Assembly (NCBI GenBank): GCA_013265495.1
Contig: MU061579.1
Coordinates: forward strand, 792,872 to 856,871
Reading direction: 5' to 3'
Source of the DNA: Vicugna vicugna
Lineage: Eukaryota
DNA length: 64,000 nucleotides
The notes beneath the pieces are model-generated. The model saw only the letters and a list, made by a program, of their open reading frames with translations. It was not told the origin of the DNA and ran no database searches. Shown piece after piece: positions 25,091 through 38,445 of the stretch. Every line of letters begins with the position of its first letter. The first letter of the stretch is position 1. A program made the position numbers and the translations under genes.

Positions 25091-27314
25091 ATTAATACTC
25101 TCAATTTATCCCTTTACATCTCCACCTTTCCCTAAAAGGAGAAAGAGATAATATTTGAAAGGGAAAAGGAAAGAGGAATTATTTTGAAAGGGATAAGGAA
25201 AGGAGAAGAGTTGAATAAGGGGAATTATTGATTCATTTATAAATGCCAAATAACTGTGTTTAACCACAGTCAGAAAAAGGAAGGAACCAAGAGAAGTTAG
25301 CTCCATTGGCAGGGGATTATGACTTAACCTTTCACCTGTGATGAAATTAGCACTAAACCAATCCCTTGAAAGAATTTTTACAAACATAGATAAAACTGAC
25401 CTTGGATTTATGGACCATGTTGATTTTAACAAAATTTTGATTGAACTTGACTGTGGCATAGTTGTTTCTTCCAAAGGAATATGGAGTATAAACTGAGTCC
25501 TGGGAGACCTCCACATTAATTCACTGTCATTCTGAAGGTCCTAGATTAAGTGTATAGTTTGATCACAAAACTCTGGGCAAAGGCTCTTTGTTTAGTTTTC
25601 TGACTAGGATTTGCATCATCAAAATGCAACCAAGAGAAGCAAACACATTATTTTTCAAAGAAGACTTCATTTCTGTATATTAAAAAGAAATTTCCTCATT
25701 TGTATGTTTCTTCAAAATGCTGAATGTTGTCATTTAAAAAAAGTGTTTGAGAATTATTGATGATCTTCTATATGTCAAATATTTTTATACACTAGAGAAG
25801 TTCTCCAGTCACCCCATCCCCCCACCCCCACTTACCCACCTACCCACCAACCCACAACATCAATGAGGTGATGTTGTAATGGTGGCTACCAAAGAGAGAA
25901 CTCATCCAATCACTTCCATTTCTTGACAGGAGAATACATAAAGCCAAGCTGGACCAGCAGTATGAAATGTACCAAATATCTGGTCATACTGTTGATCTAA
26001 GAATTGATCATTGATCAGTAGACTAGTCAGTATTACTGGAGTATTTTCAGATATTCCAGGGTTTGCAATCTAGAGTGGAGTAAAACGTCATTTTCTCTCT
26101 AGTAACCATCCCATGAGGCTTTGAGCCTAATGCTGACTGTAGAGACAAGGTGCTTTGAGGGAGAGACTATGGAAATTTGTTCCAGGTTACAGTCTTCTCA
26201 GCTAGCCCAGGTACCTTTCCTGTTTATGCACGCTTACTCTGTGCCTACCCCCATACTAGTCTGAGATGCATTTTTATCACTTGAAATAAAGGGAAATAAA
26301 TGAGCATAAATGTAAGTATATTTAGCCAGTTAGTGCTTTGACCCATGCAACATATAATGTTATAAATGGAAACATTCAACCAAATATCTGTCTGCTAATT
26401 GTGCAGACTGAAATTGATGTTTGACTACCCAATTTAGCGAATGACTATAGTCCAGGTTACATATATTTTTAGTTAATTAAATATTCCACTTTGTGTATGC
26501 AAAGATAGAATGAGATTGTAGACATTGACCTGGAATGCCTGAGGGTCATGGTTTTATATAAAAAGTATCAGTCACAGCCATTGAAGAGAATATAAGTTCC
26601 AGAAGGGTGAGCTCTGTATGATGTTTATCTTGGCATCAATAACACCAGGAATAGTGACTGCCATGTAATAAGCACTTAGGAATATTTTTGAACATATTGG
26701 TAGGTGAATTTAACAGAAATAATTAAAACTATGGCATTAGGAATTACAGTGATTGCAGCCTCTATTTGGAGCCCTGCCTCTTCTGTTTGTTAATTGTGAT
26801 TTCAGGAAATAATGCAATCTATATGCTCTATTTTTGTCAACTTTAACATCTGGATATAAATAAAACCTGAAGTATTAAGACCATTGCAAACTGGCAATAC
26901 TGAATCCATTCACCATTATGAAAACAAATGGAAATAAACAAGCAAGAATAAAAGATTCATGCCTTTTGGTTTTAGATTGCTGCACTCCTCACTGATAAAT
27001 CTGAGCAACACTTATTGTAAAACTGTCCAAATAAATTATTAAAATCGCAAATAAAATTGTTTTATTTCTCTTAGTTAAAAGCGGTTAATCACTAAGATTA
27101 ATTTTTTTGTTTTCAGCTAATATGGATATATAATACGGAATAAGAACCAGAGGTTTTGGATTGGAAGTGGTTTGAGAGATTAGTGAAGCTGAAATGATGA
27201 GTTTGCAGAGGTGACATAAGAGAGGAGAACATACCAGCAGATTTGTAAGTAACGAGATAGGGCCATACATTGAGTCCTACCCAGAACTAGTTACCATGTC
27301 GTTATCATGACAGG

Positions 27315-27595
27315 GACTAACTGTTGGTATTTCCTAAAATCCTGTGTTCCTCTTTTTGTTGGCATGTTTGACTATGTTCTCCTGGCCCTTTGCTTCTAAA
27401 AGGGGATAGTCACTACTTCTGACCAATGGGCATGTCGCTATGGCAATGAATGGAAAAAGTTTGGGCATCTAAAGGAGTTTATACACCAGATCCCTCTACT
27501 TACTCACAATGGACTGTGATGTAAAAGAAAATTAATTTATTTTAATGTTATAAGCAACTAAGATTTTGTCATTATTTCTTACATTTATCCTAATG
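27315..27595 (+). mobile_element. Old MaLR LTR fragment (MLT1I/J-like)
   Basis: acttctgaccaatggg...tggactgtgatgtaaaagaaaattaattt...taagcaactaagatttt. Confidence 0.45.
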
Positions 27596-28519
27596 TACTT
27601 ACTATCTCTTGAATATTTAAATCTCTATAATTTTATTAAAAAGATCTTGACTAGTAAACATTTGACCTATTGCTCTCTGTATAATTTTTAAAATTAAAAT
27701 GTGAGAATAATTACAGTATTTTCCAACATTAAAAATTATGGAGCAACATTTAGTTAACTATCATGAGAATATTCGTTAATAAGAGATGATATTTAAATAG
27801 AAATATATATAGTATATATATGTATTTTATTTTTTATTTGTTTTGCTTTATTTAATAAGTGGGAAATAATTTATTATATGTAAGATAATTTTTTGAGTTA
27901 TCATTATGCCAAGCCTATTCTTTTTTAAAGTTGTTGAAATGAAATATTTGAGAGAAAAGTAAAACCTATTTAGGTTCAGTGAAAACTTAATAGAAGTTTA
28001 AGAGTAATACTCAGAATAATGTAGTAAAAACAACATTTAATTTCTATATGATTTTTGGTAAACACCGTAGAATTGTTTAGGGAAAATGACCTAAAATTTC
28101 TCATAAGTGAGTCTTTTTTTGTTGTTGTTACATAAATTGTTATTCTTCCCAGAAACAAATACTTGAATTATACACATTGAGCGTAAATAGTTTTTAATTC
28201 TTACTCTTTGTGCTAATCCTCAATCAATTCAGATATATTTAGATTTTCTTGAACTAAAACTGACATTTAACAGAGGTTGAAATTACAGACGTGTGTCACT
28301 GTAAGTATGCATTTCCGTGTATTTTCCTCTTAGCGTGTGTATTTATTTCATCAGCATTCTGACCAAGAATTCCGGAGTTGAAAAAGTGACTGGTGCCTGT
28401 GGAAAGGAATGAGGAAGCAGATCTTTCAAATTTTATAAGGGCAAAAGCAAACTACACCTTAATAGAAATTAGTCTCTCAGAATATTTTTTCCTCCATTAA
28501 ATTAGAACCCTAGTATGCT

Positions 28520-28695
28520 CCCTGCTATTGATAAAGCTGTGTTTGAAAAAGGCATCCAGCAGAATCTCTGATGACATTTTCATGAACAAGAGGGAAATAT
28601 GTGAGCAGGTTGACAATATTTAGTTAAATTGGAAGCTATTTGAACAACTTCACTTTTAAAGAATACGGATAAATGAATGAATCAATGTTCTCTAG
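28520..28695 (+). mobile_element. L3/CR1 reverse transcriptase remnant
   Basis: aaaggcatccagcagaatctctgatgacattttcatgaacaagagggaaatatgtgagc...gctatttgaacaac resembles the recalled CR1 KAFDKVSHDILVDK region. Confidence 0.55.
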
Positions 28696-29149
28696 ATCTG
28701 TTTCCCCAACTATTCTTTGCGCAATGAGCCTCCCCTTAATTTGCATGTGTATGACACTTTCTAAATAGCCATTGGTTCAAAGATACCAGAAAAATGTTAA
28801 AATAGATAATGTTTTTATGGTAGCATGGGAGAGTGACAATATTTTGATTTAGTAATCATCAATAGTTTCTCAGTCTATTAAGTGAAAATTTGGCAGGTGA
28901 GTGGAAAATACAGACAGCACTGAGCGAGAACATATGGACCTGGTTTAGGAGAAAGTTGATGTGGAACTCTGTGTCACCTCAACAGAGGATGCTAATGGCT
29001 TGAAACAGCTCGATTATGTGTAAGCTTCATAAAGGCAGAGGCTGTTGTCTCCAGTCTGCTTATTCTTAGGTGCTCCTGGCTCCTGCGGCTGTTCTGCTTG
29101 ATCGATTTTGTTGCCTGGGGGATAGCATCTCATTATATCCTTCTGCTTC

Positions 29150-29585
29150 TAATTTTGCCTTCCATCCAGTCATTCCCAACTCACCATTAGAAAACAGCTT
29201 TTTAAAACTCAAATTTGATTGTCTCTATCTTCTCCTTAAAACCTTAAATCTATTAGCACCTCGAATTTTTAATTTGTAAGACAATGAATGTTACATCAAT
29301 TCCCAACCACCTTTCTAAACTCTTGGTCCCATTGTCACATTTTCGATGAGGCCCATTCTGTCCATCGTCTTTGAAAGAACAAATCATCTGTTCCCACTTT
29401 TATCTTGCAGTTTCCATTTTACTTATCACTTTGAACCAAAATAAAATCTACTTGTTTACTCAATTTATTATTGTTAGTTCCCTCCGCCATTCCCATCAAT
29501 ATGAGGTTCTTCATCTATTTTTTTTCACTGTTGTAATCTAGTTCCTATTAGCACTCAATAAATATTATTGTTTAATTAAAGTTGA
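29150..29585 (+). mobile_element. L2 3' fragment
   Basis: tttttaaaactcaaatttgattgtc...ctccttaaaacctt ... tagcactcaataaatattattg. Confidence 0.6.
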
Positions 29586-31171
29586 GTGGATAAAACTGAT
29601 TCCTACTGAATTTCATGTAATAATTCTAAAGATGCTTACTTTCTATGAAAATTACGTTTTCAAGAGAATATGTCATTTCAATAGCCAAAAATGTTTGGAG
29701 GAGGTTATTTCTCAGCAGAGGAAATATCCACACTAAATTTTAATTTAATTAAACTAGAACACAAAAAGTCAGCATAACAATGCATTATTTTTCTTTTCTG
29801 TAAACATTTTTTTTTTGTCCTCAGTCCTCAAATAGATGTTTATATATAACACAGGAAAGACTGTGTATTCCAGTCGAAATGGAAAAATGCAAGTGTCAAC
29901 ATTATCATAGAATAATGTTTAAAAATATTTTAGATTTTTTCTGCAATAAAAGACTCGGCAGAAAAACCATTCTCCAATAGTGTTAAGCATCACTCTGATA
30001 AAAAATAATCAATTTCCTTCCAAGCTGTTATTGTTATTTTATTAGACTATTTCAATATACATCTCATGTACCATACACTCTAGCTGTATGTTCATTTAGG
30101 GACATGACATGTTTCCTGAGAAACTAGAAATTCTCTTAGTTTGGGACTTCCAGCAAAAGAATCTTTAGTATTAAAGAGCATTTACAATAAGTCATCACTT
30201 TATCATGTCTTTTATTTTTTTTTCCCCTTCTTAATTCCCAGAAAAACTCATTAAGTAAACACAATAAGATACATGGAGTCCACTGCATTAGAATCTAAGG
30301 GGAGGTGGTCATCGGGAAGTTATTTCATATTTCTAATCTACAGAATTCTAATCTGTAATATGGTGATAAAAGCAATGTAAATCACATGGCATAGGGGAAT
30401 TAAATAAGCTAAAAACTAAAAATTGCTCAAAAGAAAGCCTAAAGCATATTGATCACCAATATTTTTGTTACTATTGTTCTTTCTACCAATGCACATTAGA
30501 AACTTTAAAGAAGAGTGTATCTCACTAAAGAAATGAATTTCTGAACAACGAGGTTATCACTAAATGAAATAGAAAATAAATAAATAAATAAAGCCCCGAA
30601 GAAGGTGGGAACATCAATAAATCACTGCATTCTAATCTCTCTGAGAAGGTCAGATTTGTCAACAGAGGGTACAAAGGATGGTGTTAGAGGGGTCCTGTTA
30701 TTTTTTATTTAATTCCTAGATATATAAATTTGAAAAAGACCATGTGCAATGGGGACATGTGGGCTTCGATTAAACCTCAACAATTCTGAAATGGGTCTGG
30801 TCATTTGTAAAATTTCTAATCACCCTCAGTCTTACTGTTCTTATCTGTAAAATGAAATAGGGTTATCAGGCAAATTAAATGACTAAATGTAAAAATTGGT
30901 CCTTAATAAAGTAGTTCATTTTGTCCTTCCTTCTCCTTTTTCTCCCTGTAAGCAGAGCTATTGATCCCAGCACCTCCTGTGTATTTCCCTTCCCTGTCTC
31001 TGAAATCAACTCAGAATTTTAAAAGAAAGAATTTAAAGAGGCTGTCACATTATGCTTTAACAAATTATTTTTATCTTTCAAGTGTTCCCGTCTAGAACCT
31101 ACCTTAGAATAGTTATAACAAAAGAAGGCATCAGCCTATCATATTAGTTTCTCTCTTTACATTTATGTATA

Positions 31172-31975
31172 TATTTTATTCTGGTTTGACAAATAAAGTT
31201 GTAAAATCGTTAAAGTGTACAATGTGATGTTTTGATATACATACACGTTGTGAAAGGATTTTTCTCATCACATTAACTAATGCATTCATCACCCACATAT
31301 TTATCCTTTTTTTTTTTTTTGGTGAGAACATGTAAGTTCTATTTTCTTAGCAAATTTCAAGTATGCAATAAGGTGTTATCAACTATATTCACCATAGTTT
31401 ACATTAGATCCTCAGATCTTATTTATCTTAAAGCTAAAAGCTTACTCCCTTTTACCAACTTCTTCTTATTTCTCCCACCTCCCCCAGCCCCTGGCAACAG
31501 AGTTTTTACTCTGTTTCTATGAGTTTAACTTTTTTTTTTTTTTAGATTCCATATGTAAGTGATACAATACAGTGCTCATCTTTTCCTCTCTGGCTTATTT
31601 CACTAAGCATGATGCCCTCTGTATTGTCACAAATGGCAAGATTTCCTTATTTTTTAATCCATTCATCTGTCAGTGGACACTGAGGCAATTAGGCTGTTTT
31701 CGTAATTTGGCTATTGTGAATGAAGGTGCAATGAACAAGAGACTGCATGTATGTCTTCAGGCAATGATTTTATTTCCCCCAGATATACATCCAGGAGTGA
31801 GATTACTCAATCATATAATAGTTCCATTTTTAATTTTTTGAGGAAATTGCATAGTGTTTTCCATAGTTTATAATCCTACCAGCAGTGGACAAGGGTTCCC
31901 TTTTCTCCACATCCTCACCATCAATTTTTACCTCTTGTCTTTTGGATAATACCATTCAACAAGTGTGAAGTGATT
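31172..31975 (-). mobile_element. L1MA9-like 3' end
   Basis: aaagtgtacaatgtgatgttttgatatac...ggtgagaacatgtaagttctattttcttagcaaatttcaagtat...acattagatcctcag. Confidence 0.85.
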
Positions 31976-32788
31976 TATTTACATTTAAAACTAGTAAATA
32001 CACGCTGAATCTCATCTAATACTGACATGTATGTAATCTAGGCAACACTTGCTTTAGATCTCACTTCCATCTACATACAGTTGAAAAATGTGTGGAAATT
32101 TATGTGAAAAATCACTTCCAAATCTGTTAAAGTGTCTAAAATAATGAGAGTGTATGGACTTCAGAATCAAATAGACTTGAGTTCAAGCATTACATTTGTC
32201 ACTTCTGACCAAAAGATGGCCTCTCTGAAGCTCAGATTCCTCATCTGTTAAATGAGAATACTGATATTAATCATTAATAATAATTATATATGGTATATAT
32301 TTATAATAATAAGTTGTTTGTAGACTTTTTCAATGTTTTTCTTGAATGAATGAGTGAAGACATCAATGAATGAATGAATGAATGGGATTGGTGCCTGACA
32401 TCAAATTTCCATTTTATATCCTATTTATCTTAAGTGGAAAAACTTTGTTTTTTTCATCTAAGATTAGGGCAATACATTGTTCTTGCCAGGTGAAGCCTAG
32501 AGTATTCTAGATCTGCCTAAGAAATCTTGCTTTTTGCTTTTGATCTTATTATAAGTTAACAGATTTCCCTGGTGTGAACTGCATTTACATTCTGCCCATT
32601 GATCTTAACAGATTTTTTTAAAATCTTTTTTTCTCCCAATGCCAACTAGTTATCATCATTATTTCCTTAAATACAATTTCCTGACACCCACCTGAACTTT
32701 GTCCCGGAAGTAACAGTTGACTTGTCCCCTAGTTTCTGCCTCCCTGAATTTCCATGCATGCTTACTTAACCTGTTGGAGGTAACCCAG

Positions 32789-33190
32789 TGTTATGGGGTG
32801 AATTGTGTCACCTCCTCAAATTCATTTGTTGAAGTTCTAACTCCCAGTGAATGTTACTGTATTTGGAGATAGGGGCAATTGCTTTTAAGAAGGCAATTAA
32901 GTTAGAATAAATAACATCATTAGGGTAGATGCTAATCCTATATGACTGGTATCTTTATAAGGATAGGAGATCAGGACACAGACATACACAGAGAGAATGC
33001 CATGTGACACACATGGGAAAAAAGTGAGCATCTTCAAGGCAAGGAGAGAAAGCTCAGGAGAAGCCATCTCTGACAACACCTTGATCTCAGACTTTTGGGC
33101 TCCAGAAATCTGAGAACGTGCATTTCTGTTGCTCAAGCCACCCAGTCTGTGGCATTTTTTTTTTAACAGTATCTCTATCAAACCAATAAT
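32789..33190 (+). mobile_element. MaLR solo LTR MLT1B-like
   Basis: tgttatggggtgaattgtgtc...ctaatcctatatgactggtatctttataag...acaccttgatctcagactt...aagccacccagtctgtggcattt. Confidence 0.85.
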
Positions 33191-33759
33191 TGAGACACTT
33201 GTTGGAGATTTCCAGTAAACTACTGGTAATGGCAAAATTCCATTGAATCTCTACTTCTTTTAACAAATAGTACTGAGTCAGAGATGGGACTACCATCTAA
33301 GGACAAGAAGAAAATTAAAATAGAAATGTTATCCTGGGCATTGGGGCACTTACAGTCTAACCTGGATAAAAGTAGAACTAACTGGAATAATATGTTTTAA
33401 GGGAAAAGAAGAGAAAACATGTTAACCAAAATCAAAATGGCTCATAGTGTTCTCACAGTCATGCAAAGTCAGCGGTTGTCAAAGTGCTTCAACAATGTAA
33501 TGCAGCCTGTAACCTACAGACAATATAACGTCTGTGACCTACGACACACGGTTGCTTTAAACTCCTGCATTTTGTGTCTGTTTTCGTTTGTCTATTTTAC
33601 TTTTTTAAGACAGTCTTTAAATTGAAACTCTAAAGTTCTTTAAATTTAAAAGGCTGGAACAAATAATACAAAGTTATGAGAGAACTACCTTAAATGAACC
33701 ATAACGTGTTTACAATTCCAGACAAACCATAGCCTTTGGGCAAAAGAAACTTACAGTTG

Positions 33760-34300
33760 TCATTTTTAGAACAAGCTGGAGTGAATAATTAAGGATATAT
33801 GGTAGCTGCAAAACAATTGGCCTAGAATTAAAAACAAACAAACAAACAAACAAAAAATGCCATGAAAGACAAAACACTTTGGTGAAGTGTTCTAGATTAA
33901 AGAAACTTAACAGCCTTTCCAATTAAGATGAGCATGTGCTTCTTTAATTCTAAAGGTAAGAAGCAGCTATGAAGATTAGGGAAGAATGTGGAGATTTTTG
34001 AATGTAAACTGCATATTATATTGAATTCTCTCAGTGTCATAATTATACTGCAGTTATGTGGAAGAATGACCTGGTTCTTGGGCAATACATGGTGAAATAA
34101 ATGTCAGTGTCTGCAACTAAATAAAATCTTTCAGCAAAAACTGTGTATATTTAATATACATATGCATATATGAAGAGAGCAGAGACAGAGAAAGCAAATA
34201 TATCCTAAAGTTTAAAAATGTGAACTTATGTTGATATTCTATAGAAGCATAAAAAGATATTTTATTCAACACTTTAAGCTTCGGAAAATATTGTACTCAA
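33760..34300 (+). mobile_element. Old L1 (L1MC/ME-like) 3'UTR
   Basis: gttctagattaaagaaactt...gcagttatgtggaagaatgacctggttcttggg...atgtcagtgtctgcaact. Confidence 0.55.
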
Positions 34301-35789
34301 GAAATTGTCAAGCGGTAAACAATTAATTTAATTGTTGAAAAGTTCTAGAATGGATTGCCTAAAAGATAGTTTAAAATAATCTAATAATGAGTAATTATCT
34401 ATTAAACTAACACAGTTTTCTTAATCATTAAAATATGTTATGCTATTTTTACCTTATTTTCTGTTAGGAGGGAAATGCCAAGTCACACGTTAAATTCCTC
34501 AAAACCTTTTGTGGTAGACTTGTGATTAAGTCAATGGAAGATGGGATATGTAATAAATGGAGTGCTGGAAGACCCACAGATGCAGTAGTCTATATTTGCC
34601 TCTTCAATTCATCAGTAAATATAACTCCTAAATTTAATATTTTCTATGTTTTCTTTACAATGATTATAATAGAATCAGTGGTCTTTACGACACTAGTTAT
34701 TTCCAGAAATCTATGACTTACCATACATGTGACAATTAACCAGGAGTGAAAGCACATGTGAACGTAGTTAATTATAATTTTGCTACTCAGTTTTCTCTGC
34801 ATGTTTGAAAGTTCCAATTATGATGGCTATATGTGGACAAACTGCAAGAAAGTCACATTTAACATATGCCTATATTGACCAAAGGACAATTAAAAGCCAT
34901 TAAAATGACAAACATTAGACATGGCATTATTAACCTGAGCATAAACTGGACAAAAAAATCTATATTCTAGCAATTTAAAAATAATTTAAATGCAAAAATA
35001 CCTCATGCATTTAAAATCATACTGCTTTGAAGCCAATAAAATCCACTCACATGGTAAAAAATAAAGAGAATTGGTTATTTATTTTGCAGCTGAATAAATC
35101 CTCCTAGATTCCTAGGCAAATAGTAAACTCTGAGTTCTAACTTATTTAGGAGGGAGGCAAAAAACAATGGTTTGTTCTGTAAATGTCTGCTTATAGGAGT
35201 GAGAGAATTGAGGCTTAAGGAGATTAAAAAAATTGATTAAGGACACATCTAATTAGGGGAAAAACAGTGTTTGGACTCACATCTATATGACCTCATTTTC
35301 TGTGTTCCCTGTCATTGTACTGTGTACTACACAGAAAGCCATCAATATTCATGTTGTAAATTTTGAATCCTGGTCCAAATATTCACTGTCATGAATTTGG
35401 AAAGTCCTGATTCTTGCTCTTTAAAACGAGGACAATAAATTCCACATTTGGAGACAAGTTTTGGAATTAAATGTCATATTATAATTATTAAGAGTTGAAA
35501 AGGATACAATGCAAAGCATAGCTAAAATAATTTTAAAGCTGAAAATGTACACAGTGAAGATTATATCCAACTCTTTCACTTTACACATAAGGAATTCTTA
35601 GTTAAATACCCTTATGATAATTGTTTCAATTCTCAAATACAGTGAAATAAAATGTATGTGCTAGCAAACCTGAAAAACAAGCAAGTTGAACAGCTTGAAT
35701 AGTACTTCATGTCAACTCAAGCACTGCATTATTTTAATAAATTATTTAAACATTAGAACAGTTTTTCTAAAACATTTTTCAGGGTTACT

Positions 35790-36045
35790 GAATATGAAAA
35801 AAATGTAAAATATGAAATATATGTAATATAAAATATAGGTAAAATAATTACTGACAATATATAATATTAATTATATAAACTATATAAACACTTTATAGAG
35901 ATGAAATAATATGAATAGGCAATACATTATTTAATGAACATGTATGAATATTTATATTATGCAAATATAAACATTCAATATACTCAATGTATATATAAAT
36001 ATTTATATTATATAAACATAAACAATACATATAAAAACAAAAATA
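35790..36045. repeat. AT-rich low-complexity tract
   Basis: Near-continuous A/T with degenerate TA/ATAT units. Confidence 0.8.
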
Positions 36046-36844
36046 GCAACAGGCTAATAGAAAGCTGTTTATAAAAACTGGCTAAATATAAAATGTATCA
36101 TTTGAGACTTTTCTCTTCTTTCCCTTCTTTTCACTCACTCCTATGCCCTAGAACATCATGTAGCACTTTATCTTTTCCGAGTATTTTACTGTATTATGTA
36201 TTTTCTTAGGCTAATCTGGGCTTTCTTTTATTCATCAACTATCCTCTCACCAGCCTGCCTCTATCAAAGTGTGTCAATACTTTGCATATAATTTCTTTTG
36301 ACTCTTTGTTTTAGATCCTTTGCCATTCAAAAAAAATACTGCCTTATAATTTCATGGAACATTTATCTCAGGCAGTGATGTTAACTGGCTACAAGAGTGG
36401 AAAATGCAGTGTTTTATGTCCAGCCTAAGGAAGGACACAGAAGGACAACAACTCACCTTCCATGTTCAGGGTTGTCTGAAAACTTGCATGCAGTCATTAA
36501 CAGTGGAGATTTTACTCAGGAGAAAATAGGAAATACTTTTGATTTTTGACCTTGATGTCGTAGGATGATATTTCTCTTGTCCATTCTTACTCTGTTGTGC
36601 TACTTTATCAGCTACAGTCATTTGAAAAGACCTGTTTCTATATGTGGAGATACTGCACAGTGTTTTATTATTCTTCCTCCACCCTAAGGTAGTAAAAATT
36701 ACATTAACATATTTCATATGTGGGAATTGACAAAAGCCACCTTTAATCAAGTAATTTTATAACAATCACAAAAAAAGTATACATTTCCTGGGAAAAAAGG
36801 GTCATAAAATTTATGGAATAATAGAAAGGAAAGTCTATATTAAT

Positions 36845-37620
36845 GATACTGTGTTTTTAATTTCAAATTCCACTTATTCATTGCTGCTATATAGAGAAGC
36901 AATTGACTTTTGTATATTAATCATGTATCCTGCAATGGCTGGTCTGATAATGTGACTAAATTCAATCTATTCCTTTCATATCTGAGTCTGTTCTGTCGAT
37001 TCAAACTGTGATTTTTGCCTTTATTACACCTTGCCATGTTTTTTGTGTGTGTGTGTGAAAGCCTGAAATGATATAGTTCATTAAAGGAACTTCTGCAAAT
37101 AGACTTTAGTGATGTGGTAGTAACCTATAGGAAGAGAGGAAGTGTTCTCTAGTCCTATGATTAGATTTGTCTTTTAGTGAGTCTGTGTTCCTAAACTATG
37201 ACCTTCACAAGTGCGTCTCAGAGGGAAGAATGGTTAGGAGGGGCAGGAGTTCAGTAATTCCTTTTCCCCGTTTAGAAGCCTAAGCAGAGCCTGGAGTTGG
37301 ATCTTTCCCTTCCTCTGGGTCAGTTGAGCTGCAATAAAATTCTGATAGGTTAATAGTTACTCTAGAAAAGCATAATGGGGATTTTCCTCTGATAATCACT
37401 GTATGAACCTGGCAGACCTCTTGGAGGTAAAAATCACTGACATGCAGAGTTTCCATAACATAGGATCCCCCTGGAATTTTTTAGAACTTAGAGTTTCCCA
37501 CACTGAGCCTCTGGCAATTTGTAAACTGAAGTTTAGATTTCCAAGTATAATACTGAAATGTGAAGTAAGGAGAGAGAATGACACAGTGCTAATTCTGGAT
37601 GTAGGTATAATAAATGTTAA
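36845..37620 (-). mobile_element. Old L1MC/MD: short ORF2 piece joined to 5'-end sequence
   Basis: gcaattgacttttgtatattaatcatgtatcctgcaa (ORF2), followed by aaaggaact...agactttagtgatgtggtag...agtcctatgattag (L1MD/MC 5' end). Confidence 0.6.
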
Positions 37621-37989
37621 CATAGTTAAGCCACAGACTCACTAAGTGAGAGATATGTGCTAAAAGCCCTGGCTTCATTTTTCAGGTTAAATGCTTAGGA
37701 ATTTTGGTGAATTTTTCCAACAGTATAATATAGAAACACCTAAGTGAAAGACTAACAGTGTTAACATTTCAAACAATATTGCCTCTATTGAATTTTAAGA
37801 ATAAAAGTGAGGTTGGTTGAAACATCCTAGATAATTACCTGGTTATTTGTTACTTTGAAAATGTAGATAATTCCTCAATTAAATTATTAAGAATTTTAAC
37901 TGAGACAAAATGTGAACTGCCTTGCTTGTTTCTGTCATTTCCCTGGGTTATATCATAATATCATTTAATTATCAGAAGTATATCCTTAC

Positions 37990-38445
37990 TATTAGTTTAC
38001 TAAGACTATTATGCAAGGCACCATGCATGGAGTGGCTTATGTAACAACAGCAGTTTTAGTCTCATAGTTGTGCTCCATAGTCAGAAACCAAGGTGTTAAC
38101 AGGTCCTGCTCCCTCTAAAATCTGTAGGGGAAGTCTGCCTAACATCTTCCAAATTCTGGTAGCCCCAGATGTTTTTTGGTTTGTGTTAGCATAACTCCAA
38201 TCTCTGGCTCCGACTCACATGGTGTTTTCCGTTTAACTCTTCACGTTATCTTCACTGTGTGTGTGTGTGCATTCACCGAAATTTCTCATTTTCAGAAGGA
38301 CTTCAGTCACATTGGATTAGGCCCACCCTTAGGACCTCATTTTAACGTAATTACCTCTATAATGATCCTATTTCTGATTAAGGTACTGGGGATTAGGACT
38401 TCAACTTGTCTTTTGTGGGGAGGACTAAATTCAATCCACAGTACT
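37990..38445 (-). mobile_element. MaLR solo LTR MLT1C-like
   Basis: tattagtttactaagact...aaggacttcagtcacattggattaggcccaccctt...ggtactggggattaggacttcaac. Confidence 0.85.
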
